A program made the translations under genes and the position numbers. A stretch of 63,544 bases of DNA, filler included, from Nemertoderma westbladi (Eukaryota > Animalia > Xenacoelomorpha), in NCBI GenBank assembly GCA_032718475.1. It is 3 parts of 3 records of this genome, joined end to end, with 100 filler letters (N's around TTAATTAATTAA, not from the genome) between each part and the next. Parts side by side here need not be neighbours in the genome. Positions count along the whole stretch, not along the records: positions 30,016 to 55,885 come from JAUCBJ010002926.1; 2 more parts are not named here. The stretch is one strand, 5' to 3'. Below, piece after piece: positions 36,844-50,410 of the stretch (the first letter of the stretch is position 1; every line of letters starts with the position of its first letter). The notes under the pieces are model-generated. The model was not told where the DNA came from. It saw nothing but the letters and a program-made list of their open reading frames with translations, and made no database searches.

Positions 36844-39765
36844 ATGAGTATGAGAACCCTCCAGGAGAAATACCGGCTCGGTCGTCGCCCGGGTCAACAA
36901 GGACCACGTTCCTCAGTGGTACACCAGGCTGGGGTCGATAAATCGGCTACTGGAACAGAAGACAGAGAAGAAAGAAGAACCAACCTGTTGAAATGTAAAA
37001 AGACACTAAAGATTGCTACAATGAACGCACGCACGCTGAAAGCACATAACAAACTGGGTGACATGGTCGCTCTGGCAATGGAATATAACATCGACATCAT
37101 CTGCATCCAAGAACATCGGAGTTGTCATGAAGACACTGCCATGAGGTACAATGCAACCAGCAAACAATGCAAACAGGCAGTACTCTGTTAATCTACAGGA
37201 GCTAATAAACCAACAGGTTGATGCCATCAATGATGCTGACGACAGCAGGCAATCATCCCAGGCATGGAAATCGATCAACTTGCTTACTGGGTGGAAAAGC
37301 CAACCAACCACTAAGGTTAAGGCTGAATCACCAGCCGATCGCCTCAATGGTTGGAAGGCCCACTTTGAAAAGCTCCTCAATAATGACAGGGTATTGCCTG
37401 ATAAGTTTATAGAAGTAAAAGTATCTGAGTCTGTACTCCCAGATATTCCCATTGGCAATATCTCCTTTGCAGAAGTGAAGGCTGCTGCAAAGAGCATTAA
37501 GACCAATCGTGCCAGTGGAGTAGATGGTGTTCCCCCTGAGGTCTTTAAAATACCTGAGTGTTTAAAGCTCATCTATCCCACCATAGTAGACATGTACCGA
37601 ACAACAAGAGTCCCACAAGAAATGAAAACAAATAAGTTGGTGCCAGTTCCCAAGAAGGGCAACCTAACACTCTATGGTTCTTTTCGGGGAATATCATTGA
37701 TCTCGATTGATGCAAAGCTATACAATAGAATTCTATTATATCGCATCAGGGATCCCATTGAGAGACTGCTCCGTGGAAATCAGAATGGGTTCCGTAAAGG
37801 TCGTGGGACCATGGAACCCATTTTGGCACTTAGAAGGATAATTGAAGAGTTACCAAAAAAGAAAGACAGGCATCTGGCTATCTTTGTTGACTTCTTCAAG
37901 GCCTTTGATTCAGTCTCCCGCTCACGTATGTTCAGCATACTTTCATTATATGGGATTCCTGATGAAATTATTGCAGCAATCAGAGCAGTATACGATGGTT
38001 CGACAACATTTGTGTCTACTGTTGATGGTGACACAGAACCATTTGAAGTGTTATGGGGCGTCCTCCAGGGAGACACACTTGCACCATTCTTGTTCATAAT
38101 TGTGTTTGACTATGTTCTATGCATGTCCTTAGATTATCATAATGATGATGGGGTGATGATAACTCCACCTACTGGCTCCAGAAGTCTAGGAAATCCTGCC
38201 AAGTAACTAACTGATCTAGACTTTGCTGATGACTTAGGAGTATTCTCAGAATCACTAGAGGGAGCCCAACGGCTCCTCAGCTCATTAGAACATGCTGCTT
38301 CTAGTGTTGGTCTTTTTATTAACTCCAGAAAGACCAAAATTTTGACAGTTAACTTTAAAAGTTCTCAGCAAGTCTCTGATCGGATGAGCATAAGCTCAAA
38401 GGATGGTATGCTTGAGCATGTGGACGACTTCTGTTACCTGGGATCATGGATCCGGAAGTCAGGTGAGGACCTTCGAATACGTAAGGGAAAGGCATGGGCA
38501 GCCTTGAATAGGCTTTCCAGGATTTGGAAGTCACCGAGAATTAATCGGAAACTTAAGGTCCGATTATTTAGAGCAGCAGTAGTTCCAGTACTCCTCTATG
38601 GGAGTCCATGCTGGGCTCTAACTGCTGAGGACACCAAATCTCTGGATGGCACATTCGCAAGAATGCTACGCCGGGTTCATTGTGTCAAGTACAATGCACA
38701 CATCTCCAACCAGACACTATATAACATTGGAGGTGTCTCATTGGTTCCCCCAAGCTTGACACTAGAACAACATCGCCTCCGCTTTGCAGGACATTGCTTT
38801 CGCCGTGAGGACCAGCCAGTGCATAATCTTGTACTTTGGCAGCCACATGGAGTCAATAAGCATGGTGGACAGCCCATGGCTTTCTTGAGACGCATCTTAA
38901 AGGACACTGGCCTTGAAGATGCGGATGATCTAGCAAATGTCATGGGTGATAGGGAGTTGTGGCGGCGCAATTTTGTCGACAAGCCGGCACAGCATTCTTA
39001 AAAATGCAGCTGCAATGCAGCATGCCGATACTAGTAGTAGTAGTATGAGGTACAATGCCATTGGAAATGGATGGACGTTAGTAACAAGCTCAGCAGTGAG
39101 AAACTCGGCCAATGCATCAATTGGAGGAGTGGGAATCCCTAAACAACATCGAATCTATAAATTCCAAGGTTATGATTGCAACATTTGATGGGAATCCCAA
39201 GACAACAGTAATATGTTGCTGCAGTCCAACCAATGCCTCAGAGCCAGAACAAGCAGTCAAGTTTTATGAAGATCTGACTGGACTTACCGAAACACAATGT
39301 TAAAGTCATTGCTGGTGACCTGAATGGGCAAATTGGCCCAGAAGACATCAAGGGTTACACCTATAACACCAGTTCTAACAGAAATGGGTACTTACTTTTA
39401 GACCTAATGGAAGAATGTGAATTGATACCAACAAATGCTTGATGCTTTTTTTGCTTGATGGACCTTTCAATACCCTAATGGAACCAAAGCACAACTGAAT
39501 TACATCCTTCAACCTCGTTCAACCTAATTGGTTCGGACCACAGAATTGTGATTGCAGAGATCAGACCCAGTTTGAGAGCCAGCAAACCCAGGACAAGCAA
39601 GCAAATCAACTATGACTGGGAGAAACTCAGAACTGACAATGCAGTAAAGGATGCTTACACAGTAGTTCAAAAGCGCTTTGAAGCACTTCAGTCAATGGAT
39701 GAAGTCCAGTCCACCGATTCAATATACCAGAATATAATAAAAGCCCACAAGGAATCAGCTAAGGA
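36844..39765 (+). mobile_element. Host RTE-clade LINE 5' part (AP endonuclease), decayed and split by a nested insertion
   Basis: LKIATMNARTL...IDIICIQEHR...AMRYNA joins IGNGWTLVTSSAVRNSANASIGGVG after the insert; then IATFDGNPKTTVICCCSPTN, AGDLNGQIG, GSDHRIVIA. Confidence 0.85.
37155..39044 (+). mobile_element. 5'-truncated RTE-clade LINE (RT domain, one premature stop at 38204-38206)
   Basis: VPVPKKG, RGISL, NQNGFRKGRGT, FVDFFKAFDSV, GVLQGDTLAPFLF, DLDFADD, FCYLGS; (TAG)n tail; 14-bp TSD ATGAGGTACAATGC at 37141-37154 and 39045-39058. Confidence 0.95.
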
Positions 39766-41225
39766 ATCAGACTCTCCGAGCAGCCAGCAGGGCACTGAAA
39801 AACATCGAAGGCGATCGAGGTTGTATTGGGAGGCTTTCACATTCAAACCGGATATTGGACAACAACCCCGGAGATTCTGGAGATACGGAACCAGTGGTCT
39901 GCAATGAGGATGGGCGCAGCCGGGCGTCCAACATCAGTGCTAAGACCACGGCAAGTGCTGCTGCACGACTGGCACATCGCGAAGCTCGGATGATCAGTTT
40001 CCAAGTACAAGCCGAATGGGAGTGGATCCAGAAATAACAGGTGCGCCTCATGAAGGAGCGAGGATGGAGGTACCAGGACCAAGAGCGCAGAGTCGCAGAG
40101 CAGCGAATCGCAGAGGAACGCCGAATTGAGCAAATGGTGCGAGACGATGAAGAAAAATGATTCGAAGCGCGGCTTTTGGATGAGGAAGCCAGGATGGAAA
40201 GAGGAGAAGAACTCTTGGAAAGGCTGAGAGACTTCGAAGGTGAGGTGGATCTGGAGGGTGGGAATGTGGAACCGTGTTGAGGCAGTGTGGTTACAGGCGA
40301 AAGGCTGGATGGCAGCCCTGCGCCTGTCGGCCCCACATCTTGTGGGGAAGATATTCAGCAGGTTGGGACGGAAGACTCGGGAGTCGTCCAGATATGGGCA
40401 AACAACTCGGGGGGCCTACGAACTCAATGCGGCCACCCAGTTTCTTCTTCTACGACGATACCGGTTCTAGAGGATGACTGCTAGAGATGCAGAGAACGAC
40501 AGCGTGAAACGGTGGATGCCTCAGGCACGGCTGCGTGGCAGACTGGGCGGGACGCGGCACTACATCAGGGTGACGTAGTGGATGTTCCGCTCATAACTGA
40601 CGATGGCAACCCACGGCTCGATAAGAAACCTCTGATTCTACGTGGGAACCGACCGGAAGTTAATCCAACAGAAAGGGTATCAGTGACAGAGATCAAACCG
40701 AGGGAGGTGCAGGTTAGTTCTGAACTCCCTGCCTCAAACTGTGGACGTCTGGATGTCGACACGCAACCCTTCGTTCCAGGAAACCACACTCCCCATGCCT
40801 CAAAGGATCTATGGGTGGGATCGGTTAACTCCTGGATCGATGAACTTATCCCTGGGATGGAAACGGTAGTTCAGGGCGGCGAGGGGGTACAGAGTTTGGA
40901 GGTGGTGCTGATGAGACTCGGTGATGAATGGGTGCGCCAGAGGTACGGCTGCTTCAGTTCGACGGGAACCCCATGCAGTGGCCTCAGTTTATCGAGCGGT
41001 ATTACGAGCTCGTGCACCATCGGGTGCATTTTATGGACACTCGTAGACTAGCGCTACTCCAAGGACAGCTCAACGGGACTGCCAAAGACACAGTCGCAGG
41101 GTATGGCTGCAGCGGGCGTGCCAACGTGCAAGTGCTACAAATATTGAAGTGGCAGTTCGCACACCCGTCGCTCATATCCCGAGTCTATATCAACTCGATC
41201 ACTGAAGGTAAGTCCATTCCCACGG
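39766..41225 (+). pseudogene. Second, unrelated Bel/Pao gag fragment
   Basis: Abrupt GC rise; PEVRLLQFDGNPMQWPQFIERYYELVH...RLALLQGQLNGTAKDTV (DUF1759-like); stops and frameshifts. Confidence 0.75.
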
Positions 41226-42107
41226 GACAAGATTGCGTTGCACCAATGCCATACTAATATAACTCTTGTGTATTTATACACTTCGATCGATGGGAAATCT
41301 TGCGGACCTCTATTCGGTTGAGACTCTGCGACGGGTTTACCTGCGGCTGCCAGAATATCTGCAATGGAAGTGGCAACAACATTGCATGAGCATCCGGGAA
41401 GGATCATATACTGTATAAAAGGATCATATAAAAAAGGGCTTACTTAATGTTACGTTTAACTGGTAGGCAGGTAGGCACACTCCTACTGTTACTGTAGGCC
41501 TCCTGTGTTAAAACATGTTTAGAAAATAATAGCTTCGAAAATTGTTTAGGCTCTACTGCTCTAAGACCTGGACCGCTGGACCTGACCATCCCACCATTAG
41601 GCTACATTAATATATGTTTACTCTATTGAAATAGTTCTACCAGTCAGCCGCAGCCGGTGCATTTGTACAGAACTGCCGAACGCGTTCTGTACAGCATTTC
41701 AATTTGCGGCGGGAGCTGGCGCAGAAATGAAATAGGGCCTACTTAAATATGCTGCACCGGGAGCTGGTCAAAGCGAAGGAAGGGCTGGCTAGCTGGGAAG
41801 ACAGGTGGCAAGCTGGCTGGAGTGTTGAGTGTGTCTCAGCTCAGTAAATCCAATGGTTGGGGTGGGTTGTCTATTGAGAACTCCGAACTGGTCATGGCAT
41901 TAATTCTGCTTTCTCCAAGGCGGCATGGAGGGTGGGAGGGGTTTACACATTGATTGCGATTGATATTTGATTGGGGATTAGATTATCATTTAGTTTTTTG
42001 GTTTTGTTGTCTTATAGACGGTCTTCTTATAGCCAGCTTGCTGGCTTTCTAGTTTCTTATTGGTTTAACTCATTCATCCGATATTGTTGTTGTTTTATCT
42101 ATTCTGG

Positions 42108-42575
42108 GGCTTCGAATAGCAAGTGAACTGAACAACTAAGCTGACTGGTTAACTAGTCTGGGACTTCGAGCAGCACGTGAACAACTAAGCTGACTGGTTA
42201 ACTAGGGCTTCGAGCAGCACGTGAACAACTAAGCTGACTGGTTAACTAGTCTGGGGCTTCGAGCAGCACGTGAACAACTAAGCTGACTGGTTAACTAGTC
42301 TGGGACTTCGAGCAGCACGTGAACAACTAAGCTGACTGGTTAACTAGTCTGAGACTTCGAGCAGCACGTGAACAACTAAGCTGACTGGTTAACTAGTCTG
42401 AGACTTCGAGCAGCACGTGAACAACTAAGCTGACTGGTTAACTAGTCTGGGACTTCGAGGAGCACGTGAACAACTAAGCTGACTGGTTAACTAGTCTGGG
42501 ACTTCGAGGAGCACGTGAACAACTAAGCTAACTGGTTAACTAGTCTAGGACTTCGAGTAACACGTGAACAACTGA
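42108..42575. repeat. 49-bp minisatellite, ~9-10 units
   Basis: Unit GACTTCGAGCAGCACGTGAACAACTAAGCTGACTGGTTAACTAGTCTGG. Confidence 0.92.
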
Positions 42576-43619
42576 GCAAAAGATTATCCCATTCATTTAA
42601 TACGCATTGCAGATCGTTCCAAAGCATCGAGTTTAAAACAATAAAAAATGAGTCTCATGAATCATGCATTGAAAACGGAGTATTTGTTTAATGGTGGTAG
42701 CTAGTGCTAGTGGTTTTGTATGTTAGCTAGTATTTATAACGAATTGTAAAGCGTGCTCGATATAAACTGTTGTTCATAAACAATGTTATGGTAGCCTTAT
42801 GTAGATTAGACTTTATCCTTTCGAGACTAAAATTGAGTGGGGAGATATCCAGACGAGATATCTGGGACGAAAAATCCGGGATGAATAGTACGGTACGAAT
42901 CGTACACCCACCCCCCCCCCCCCCCCCCATCCTAGGAACCCGCTACCTCATCCCCAATAATGGAACCTGCCGCCTCACCAGTAGTAGGTTCTTGCACGGC
43001 TCGGCGACAGTTGGACCTAACTCATGACTCATTGCTTAGGAATGTAACACCTAGGGTGTCATTGGCGCCAGACTGTCTGGCTGACACCCCCCAATTAGGT
43101 TAATTAGACCCTAATTGACGGGTGTCATTAATTAATTAGTACATTTAATCCCTAATAGGTGTCTTACGACTCCTAATTAGGGTTTAATTGATTATCATAA
43201 TTAATCAAACCGATTAGCGGTGATTAAAACACCCTCTTGGGTTCTAGAGGCCCAAGAGGGTGTCGTAAGTGACACCTCTACCCTTTTATTTATTGATATA
43301 TATCTATTTATTTAAATTTAATTTTAAATTAATTAATTGGATTACTTTTACTTTATTTAATTGATTTAGAATTACCAATAAATAGTTTTATATATTACTT
43401 TCCCAATGACGTCTTTGTTGACACTGCATTGCTATATTTAGCCCTAGGGTATAGGTCCTATACTAGTAACTAATTACTCTTATCTATATCCAGACAGCTT
43501 TATCGTTGACCTTTCACCCCCAATTAGCTTTAACGAAACAATTGATTTTTAATAATAGTTGTATCCAAACACCCCACCCCCTCTCATGACACCTCTGATT
43601 ACTAATTACTCTTACCTAT

Positions 43620-44416
43620 ATCCAGTTGTCTGCAGTTCTATTGTCTGCCGCTAGAGGGCTTATTATCTGGAAATTGACATCTTCTCTAACTTTGTTATTT
43701 ACAATCCGCTTAGGTTTAAACTCGGGAGGCATCTACTAAGACATAGGCTATATCTTTTACGGAGTTGTAGAGTAGTCTGAAGTTCCCCAGTCTGCCGCTA
43801 GAGGGCGAAATGTCTCAAAGTGAAAACCTGATCTCATTTGATTGTTTTTAATCCGCTTAGGCTGAAACTTGGTAGACATCTACTATGACATAGGCCATAC
43901 TTTACTGAGGAGGTTGATCAGTCCGCAGTTCTCCAGTCTGCTGCTAAAGACTCGGATTTAAGACCTGAGGCACTCCTCGTTCCTCGAGTCTCGAGTTTTA
44001 GGTCTGAGGCACAGACTATGTGCCTCAGTGAGGCATAGTCTGAGCCTCAGTGAGGCATAGTCTGTGCCTCAGTGAGGCATAGTCTGTGCCTCCGTGCCTC
44101 AGTGAGCCATAGTCTGTGCCTCAGTGAGGCATAGTCTGTGCCTCAGTGAGGCATAGTCTGAGCCTCAGTGAGGCATAGTCTGAGCCTCAGTGAGGCATAG
44201 TCTGTGCCTCAGTGAGGCATAGTCTGTGCCTCAGTGAGGCATAGTCTGTGCCTCAGTGAGGCATAGTCTGTGCCTCAGTGAGGCATATTCTGACAACTCC
44301 GTAAAAGATATAGCCTATGTCGTAGTAGATGCCAACTGAGTTTAAACCTAAGCGGATTGTAAATAACAAAGATAGAGAAGATGTCAATTTCCAGATAATA
44401 AGCCCTCTAGCGGCAG
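43620..44416. mobile_element. Rearranged fragments of the ~146-bp-repeat HINE-like family around a palindromic 22-bp array
   Basis: CTGCCGCTAGAGGGC units at ~43645 and ~43792; ~125-bp inverted copy at ~44293-44416; (TGAGGCATAGTCTGTGCCTCAG)n at ~44003-44290. Confidence 0.7.
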
Positions 44417-44655
44417 GCTACTACAGGCTACAACTCATGAGTCGAAAGTGATTATATGCGATTATATGATTATATGTGTGATTATATTTTGACATACGAC
44501 TCATGAGTTATATCCGGCATGAGGCCTGAGATTAGTTGTTTGGGTAGCAGCAAGCCAGAAAATATTGTAAAGCAATTTATGGTGTTCCATTAAATGTTAG
44601 GCGCATCTTATATTTATTAAGAAAAGACTTATGACTTACCAGTAGAGCACGGAGG

Positions 44656-44695
44656 CATGGAATACTAAATATACATGTATATTTAGTATTCCATG
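44656..44695. repeat. Perfect 40-bp palindrome
   Basis: CATGGAATACTAAATATACA|TGTATATTTAGTATTCCATG. Confidence 0.95.
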
Positions 44696-45403
44696 ACGGG
44701 AGATATATGTCTACTTTTGACATCGATGGACTCAGACAAAATCTGAAAGCGACTTATGACATACGACTCATGAGTTACCAGTGGGGCGCGCGCGGGCCTA
44801 CGTTATCTTAAATATCATCGAAATATAAAACTAATAAAGACCTACTACCCTATGTAATGCAGCTTTGGTAAATTAATGCCATTTTTATTGGGAAGGAATA
44901 CTCCACATGATTGGGGTGTTGGAACAGTAAAATAAGTATCAAATTTATAAGACTGTAAATTATGGGAATGTTAGTGAAACACTCTTAGACTGTAACACAG
45001 TCGATGTTGATTTACTTAGAAATAAACAATACCAAGAGAAATGAGTGAGTTTATTCGATATTATAGAAGTTGGTACAAATGAAGCTGATGGAGATGAATC
45101 AGATTTAGAGGATCAAGTATTCGATTCTGGTGAACGAACAATGAACAAACAACATTAATAACAAATTGAAATGGTTAATCTTAAATTTTGATTTATAGGT
45201 GTTTTTATTTCAAACGCTGTAATAAAGTTTATATTTTTCAATTTGTTGTTTGCAATATTTAATTTTAGAAATATTTCTAAACAAGTTTAAAAAATTTAGA
45301 AATCACTATTTTTATTTATAAATTTCACTAACATATTTAGGAAAAAAAATCGTAGAGGTCTACGGAGTACAAATTTAGTACAAATTTAATTACTGAATGG
45401 CAT

Positions 45404-48400
45404 AAGTGGCGAGATAAACTGCTTCGGATCTAGTACTATCTTTACCACACAAGCGGCGAGATAAACTCCTTCGGATCTAGTACTATCTTTACCAAGTGGC
45501 GAGATAAACTGCTTCGGATCTAGTACTATCTTTACCACACAAGCGGCGAGATAAACTCCTTCGGATCTAGTACTATCTTTACCAAGCGGCGAGATAAACT
45601 GCTTCGGATCTAGTACTATCTTTACCAAGCGGCGAGATAAACTGCTTCGGATCTAGTACTATCTTTACCAAGTGGCGAGATAAACTGCTTCGGATCTAGT
45701 ACTATCTTTACCAAGCGGCGAGATAAACTGCTTCGGATCTAGTACTATCTTTACCACACAAGCGGCGAGATAAACTCCTTCGGATCTAGTACTATCTTTA
45801 CCACACAAGCGGCGAGATAAACTCCTTCGGATCTAGTACTATCTTTACCAAGCGGCGAGATAAACTGCTTCGGATCTAGTACTATCTTTATCAAGCGGCG
45901 AGATAAACTGCTTCGGATCTAGTACTATCTTTACCGAGCGGCGAGATAAACTCCTTCGGATCTAGTACTATCTTTACCGAGCGGCGAGATAAACTGCTTC
46001 GGATCTAGTACTATCTTTACCAAGCGGCGAGATAAACTGCTTCGGTTCTAGTACTATCTTTACCGAGCGGCGAGATAAACTGCTTCGGATCTAGTACTAT
46101 CTTTACCACACAAGCGGCGAGATAAACTCCTTCGGATCTAGTACTATCTTTACCAAGCGGCGAGATAAACTGCTTCGGATCTAGTACTATCTTTACCAAG
46201 CGGCGAGATAAACTGCTTCGGATCTAGTACTATCTTTACCAAGTGGCGAGATAAACTGCTTCGGATCTAGTACTATCTTTACCAAGTGGCGAGATAAACT
46301 GCTTCGGATCTAGTACTATCTTTACCAAGTGGCGAGATAAACTGCTTCGGATCTAGTACTATCTTTACCAAGCGGCGAGATAAACTGCTTCGGATCTAGT
46401 ACTATCTTTACCACACAAGCGGCGAGATAAACTCCTTCGGATCTAGTACTATCTTTACCACACAAGCGGCGAGATAAACTCCTTCGGATCTAGTACTATC
46501 TTTACCAAGCGGCGAGATAAACTGCTTCGGATCTAGTACTATCTTTACCAAGTGGCGAGATAAACTGCTTCGGATCTAGTACTATCTTTACCAAGCGGCG
46601 AGATAAACTGCTTCGGATCTAGTAATATCTTTACCACACAAGCGGCGAGATAAACTCCTTCGGATCTAGTACTATCTTTACCAAGCGGCGAGATAAACTG
46701 CTTCGGATCTAGTACTATCTTTACCAAGCGGCGAGATAAACTGCTTCGGATCTAGTACTATCTTTACCAAGCGGCGAGATAAACTGCTTCGGATCTAGTA
46801 CTATCTTTACCGAGCGGCGAGATAAACTCCTTCGGATCTAGTACTATCTTTACCGAGCGGCGAGATAAACTGCTTCGGATCTAGTACTATCTTTACCAAG
46901 CGGCGAGATAAACAGCTTCGGATCTAGTACTATCTTTACCAAGCGGCGAGATAAACTCCTTCGGATCTAGTACTATCTTTACCAAGCGGCGAGATAAACT
47001 GCTTCGGATCTAGTACTATCTTTACCAAGCGGCGAGATAAACTGCTTCGGATCTAGTACTATCTTTACCAAGCGGCGAGATAAACTGCTTCGGATCTAGT
47101 ACTATCTTTACCAAGCGGCGAGATAAACTGCTTCGGATCCAGTACTATCTTTACCAAGCGGCGAGATAAACTGCTTCGGATCTAGTACTATCTTTACCAA
47201 GCGGAGAGATAAAATCCTTCGGATCTAGTACTATCTTTACCATGCGGCGAGATAAACTGCTTCGGATCTAGTACTATCTTTACCAAGCGGCGAGATAAAC
47301 TGCTTCGGATCTAGTACTATCTTTACCAAGCGGCGAGATAAACTGCTTCGGATCTAGTACTATCTTTACCAAGCGGCGAGATAAACTGCTTCGGATCTAG
47401 TACTATCTTTACCAAGCGGCGAGATAAACTCCTTCGGATCTAGTACTATCTTTACCAAGCGGCGAGATAAACTGCTTCGGATCTAGTACTATCTTTACCA
47501 AGCGGCGAGATAAACTGCTTTGGATCTACTACTATCTTTACCAAGTGGCGAGATAAACTGCTTCGGATCTAGTACTATCTATACCAAGCGGTGAGATAAA
47601 CTGCTTCGGATCTAGTACTATCTTTACCAAGCGGCGAGATAAACTGCTTCGGATCTAGTACTATCTTTACCAAGCGGCGAGATAAACTGCTTCGGATCTA
47701 GTACTATCTTTACCAAGTGGCGAGATAAACTGGTTCGGATCTAGTACTATTTACCAAGCGGCGAGATAAACTCCTTCGGATCTAGTACTATCTTTACCAA
47801 GCGGCGAGATAAACTGCTTCGGATCTAGTACTATCTTTACCAAGCGGCGAGATAAACTGCTTCGGATCTAGTACTATCTTTACCAAGCGGCGAGATAAAC
47901 TCCTTCGGATCTAGTACTATCTTTACCAAGCGGCGAGATAAACTGCTTCGGATCTAGTACTATCTTTACCAAGCGGCGAGATAAACTGCTTCGGATCTAG
48001 TACTATCTTTACCAAGCGGCGAGATAAACTGCTTCGGATCTAGTACTATCTTTACCAAGCGGCGAGATAAACTGCTTCGGATCTAGTACTATCTTTACCA
48101 AGCGGCGAGATAAACTGCTTCGGATCTAGTACTATCTTTACCAAGCGGCGAGATAAACTGCTTCGGATCTAGTACTATCTTTACCAAGCGGCGAGATAAA
48201 CTGCTTCGGATCTAGTACTATCTTTACCAAGCGGCGAGATAAACTGCTTCGGATCCAGTACTATCTTTACCAAGCGGCGAGATAAACTGCTTCGGATCTA
48301 GTACTATCTTTACCAAGCGGCGAGATAAACTGCTTCGGATCTAGTACTATCTTTACCAAGCGGCGAGATAAACTGCTTCGGATCCAGTACTATCTTTACC

Positions 48401-49818
48401 AAGCGGCGAGATAAACTGCTTCGGATCTAGTACTATCTTTACCAAGCGGCGAGATAAACTCCTTCGGATCTAGTACTATCTTTACCAAGCGGCGAGATAA
48501 ACTGCTTCGGATCTAGTACTATCTTTACCAAGCGGCGAGATAAACTGCTTCGGATCTAGTACTATCTTTACCAAGCGGCGAGATAAACTCCTTCGGATCT
48601 AGTACTATCTTTACCAAGCGGCGAGATAAACTGCTTCGGATCTAGTACTATCTTTATCAAGCGGCGAGATAAACTGCTTCGGATCTAGTACTATCTTTAC
48701 CAAGCGGCGAGATAAACTGCTTCGGATCTAGTACTATCTTTACCAAGCGGCGAGATAAACTGCTTCGGATCTAGTACTATCTTTACCAAGCGGCGAGATA
48801 AACTGCTTCGGATCTAGTACTATCTTTACCAAGCGGCGAGATAAACTGCTTCGGATCTAGTACTATCTTTACCAAGCGGCGAGATAAACTGCTTCGGATC
48901 TAGTACTATCTTTACCAAGCGGCGAGATAAACTGCTTCGGATCCAGTACTATCTTTACCAAGCGGCGAGATAAACTGCTTCGGATCTAGTACTATCTTTA
49001 CCAAGCGGCGAGATAAACTGCTTCGGATCTAGTACTATCTTTACCAAGCGGCGAGATAAACTGCTTCGGATCTAGTACTATCTTTACCAAGCGGCGAGAT
49101 AAACTGCTTCGGATCTAGTACTATCTTTACCAAGCGGCGAGATAAACTCCTTCGGATCTAGTACTATCTTTACCAAGCGGCGAGATAAACTCCTTCGGAT
49201 CTAGTACTATCTTTACCAAGCGGCGAGATAAACTCCTTCGGATCTAGTACTATCTTTACCAAGCGGCGAGATAAACTGCTTCGGATCCAGTACTATCTTT
49301 ACCAAGCGGCGAGATAAACTGCTTCGGATCTAGTACTATCTTTACCAAGCGGCGAGATAAACTGCTTCGGATCTAGTACTATCTTTACCAAGCGGCGAGA
49401 TAAACTGCTTCGGATCTAGTACTATTTACCAAGCGGCGAGATAAACTGCTTCGGATCTAGTACTATCTTTACCAAGCGGCGAGATAAACTGCTTCGGATC
49501 TAGTACTATCTTTACCAAGCGGCGAGATAAACTGCTTCGGATCTAGTACTATCTTTACCAAGCGGCGAGATAAACTGCTTCGGATCTAGTACTATCTTTA
49601 CCAAGCGGCGAGATAAACTGCTTCGGATCTAGTACTATCTTTACCAAGCGGCGAGATAAACTCCTTCGGATCTAGTACTATCTTTACCAAGCGGCGAGAT
49701 AAACTGCTTCGGATCTAGTACTATCTTTACCAAGCGGCGAGATAAACTGCTTCGGATCTAGTACTATCTTTACCAAGCGGCGAGATAAACTGCTTCGGAT
49801 CTAGTACTATCTTTACCA
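45404..49818. repeat. 43-bp satellite, ~100 units (47-bp variant in the left part)
   Basis: Unit GGCGAGATAAACTGCTTCGGATCTAGTACTATCTTTACCAAGC; no spacers. Confidence 0.97.
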
Positions 49819-50410
49819 TACAAATTAAGTAAGAAATATGGGGACTTCTGGGAACTATATAAATAACACACTGTACTTAGGTGATAGCCGAGCTTCACCA
49901 GTCTAACTGTCGCTCTATACGGTGCCTGAAAAAGGCAAAACAATGACTACCTTTTATTCTTATCAACATTTATTTTTTTTGAATTTCAATTAATTATATA
50001 TAGCCCAAAGGGGGGAGACCAGTTGGCTGATCGCCGGACCTGGAATTTATAGGTTGTACGTTCAGTCCCACCAGGTCAACTCAGCCTTTCATCCACTGGG
50101 GTCGATAATATTTGATGACCAGTTAACTTATGGGAGCAAAACAAGAGATAGGAGTAGCGCCCACCCCTACCTCACACCAAAGGGTTTACATGAATAAGCA
50201 AGGGTCTTTAATATTGGTTCTTGAATTATATTAATGTTGCATTTTTACAAAATGAAATCGTAACTGTATAAGAAATTGTCTTTTATAAAATAAATTAACA
50301 CACGGACAAGGTGATAAAGGTAGTTTTATGACATATAAGACATGGAATCTACATAAACTGGCGCACCCACCATAGTTAAAAACACCGGGTTGAAATAAAC
50401 CATGTAATAA

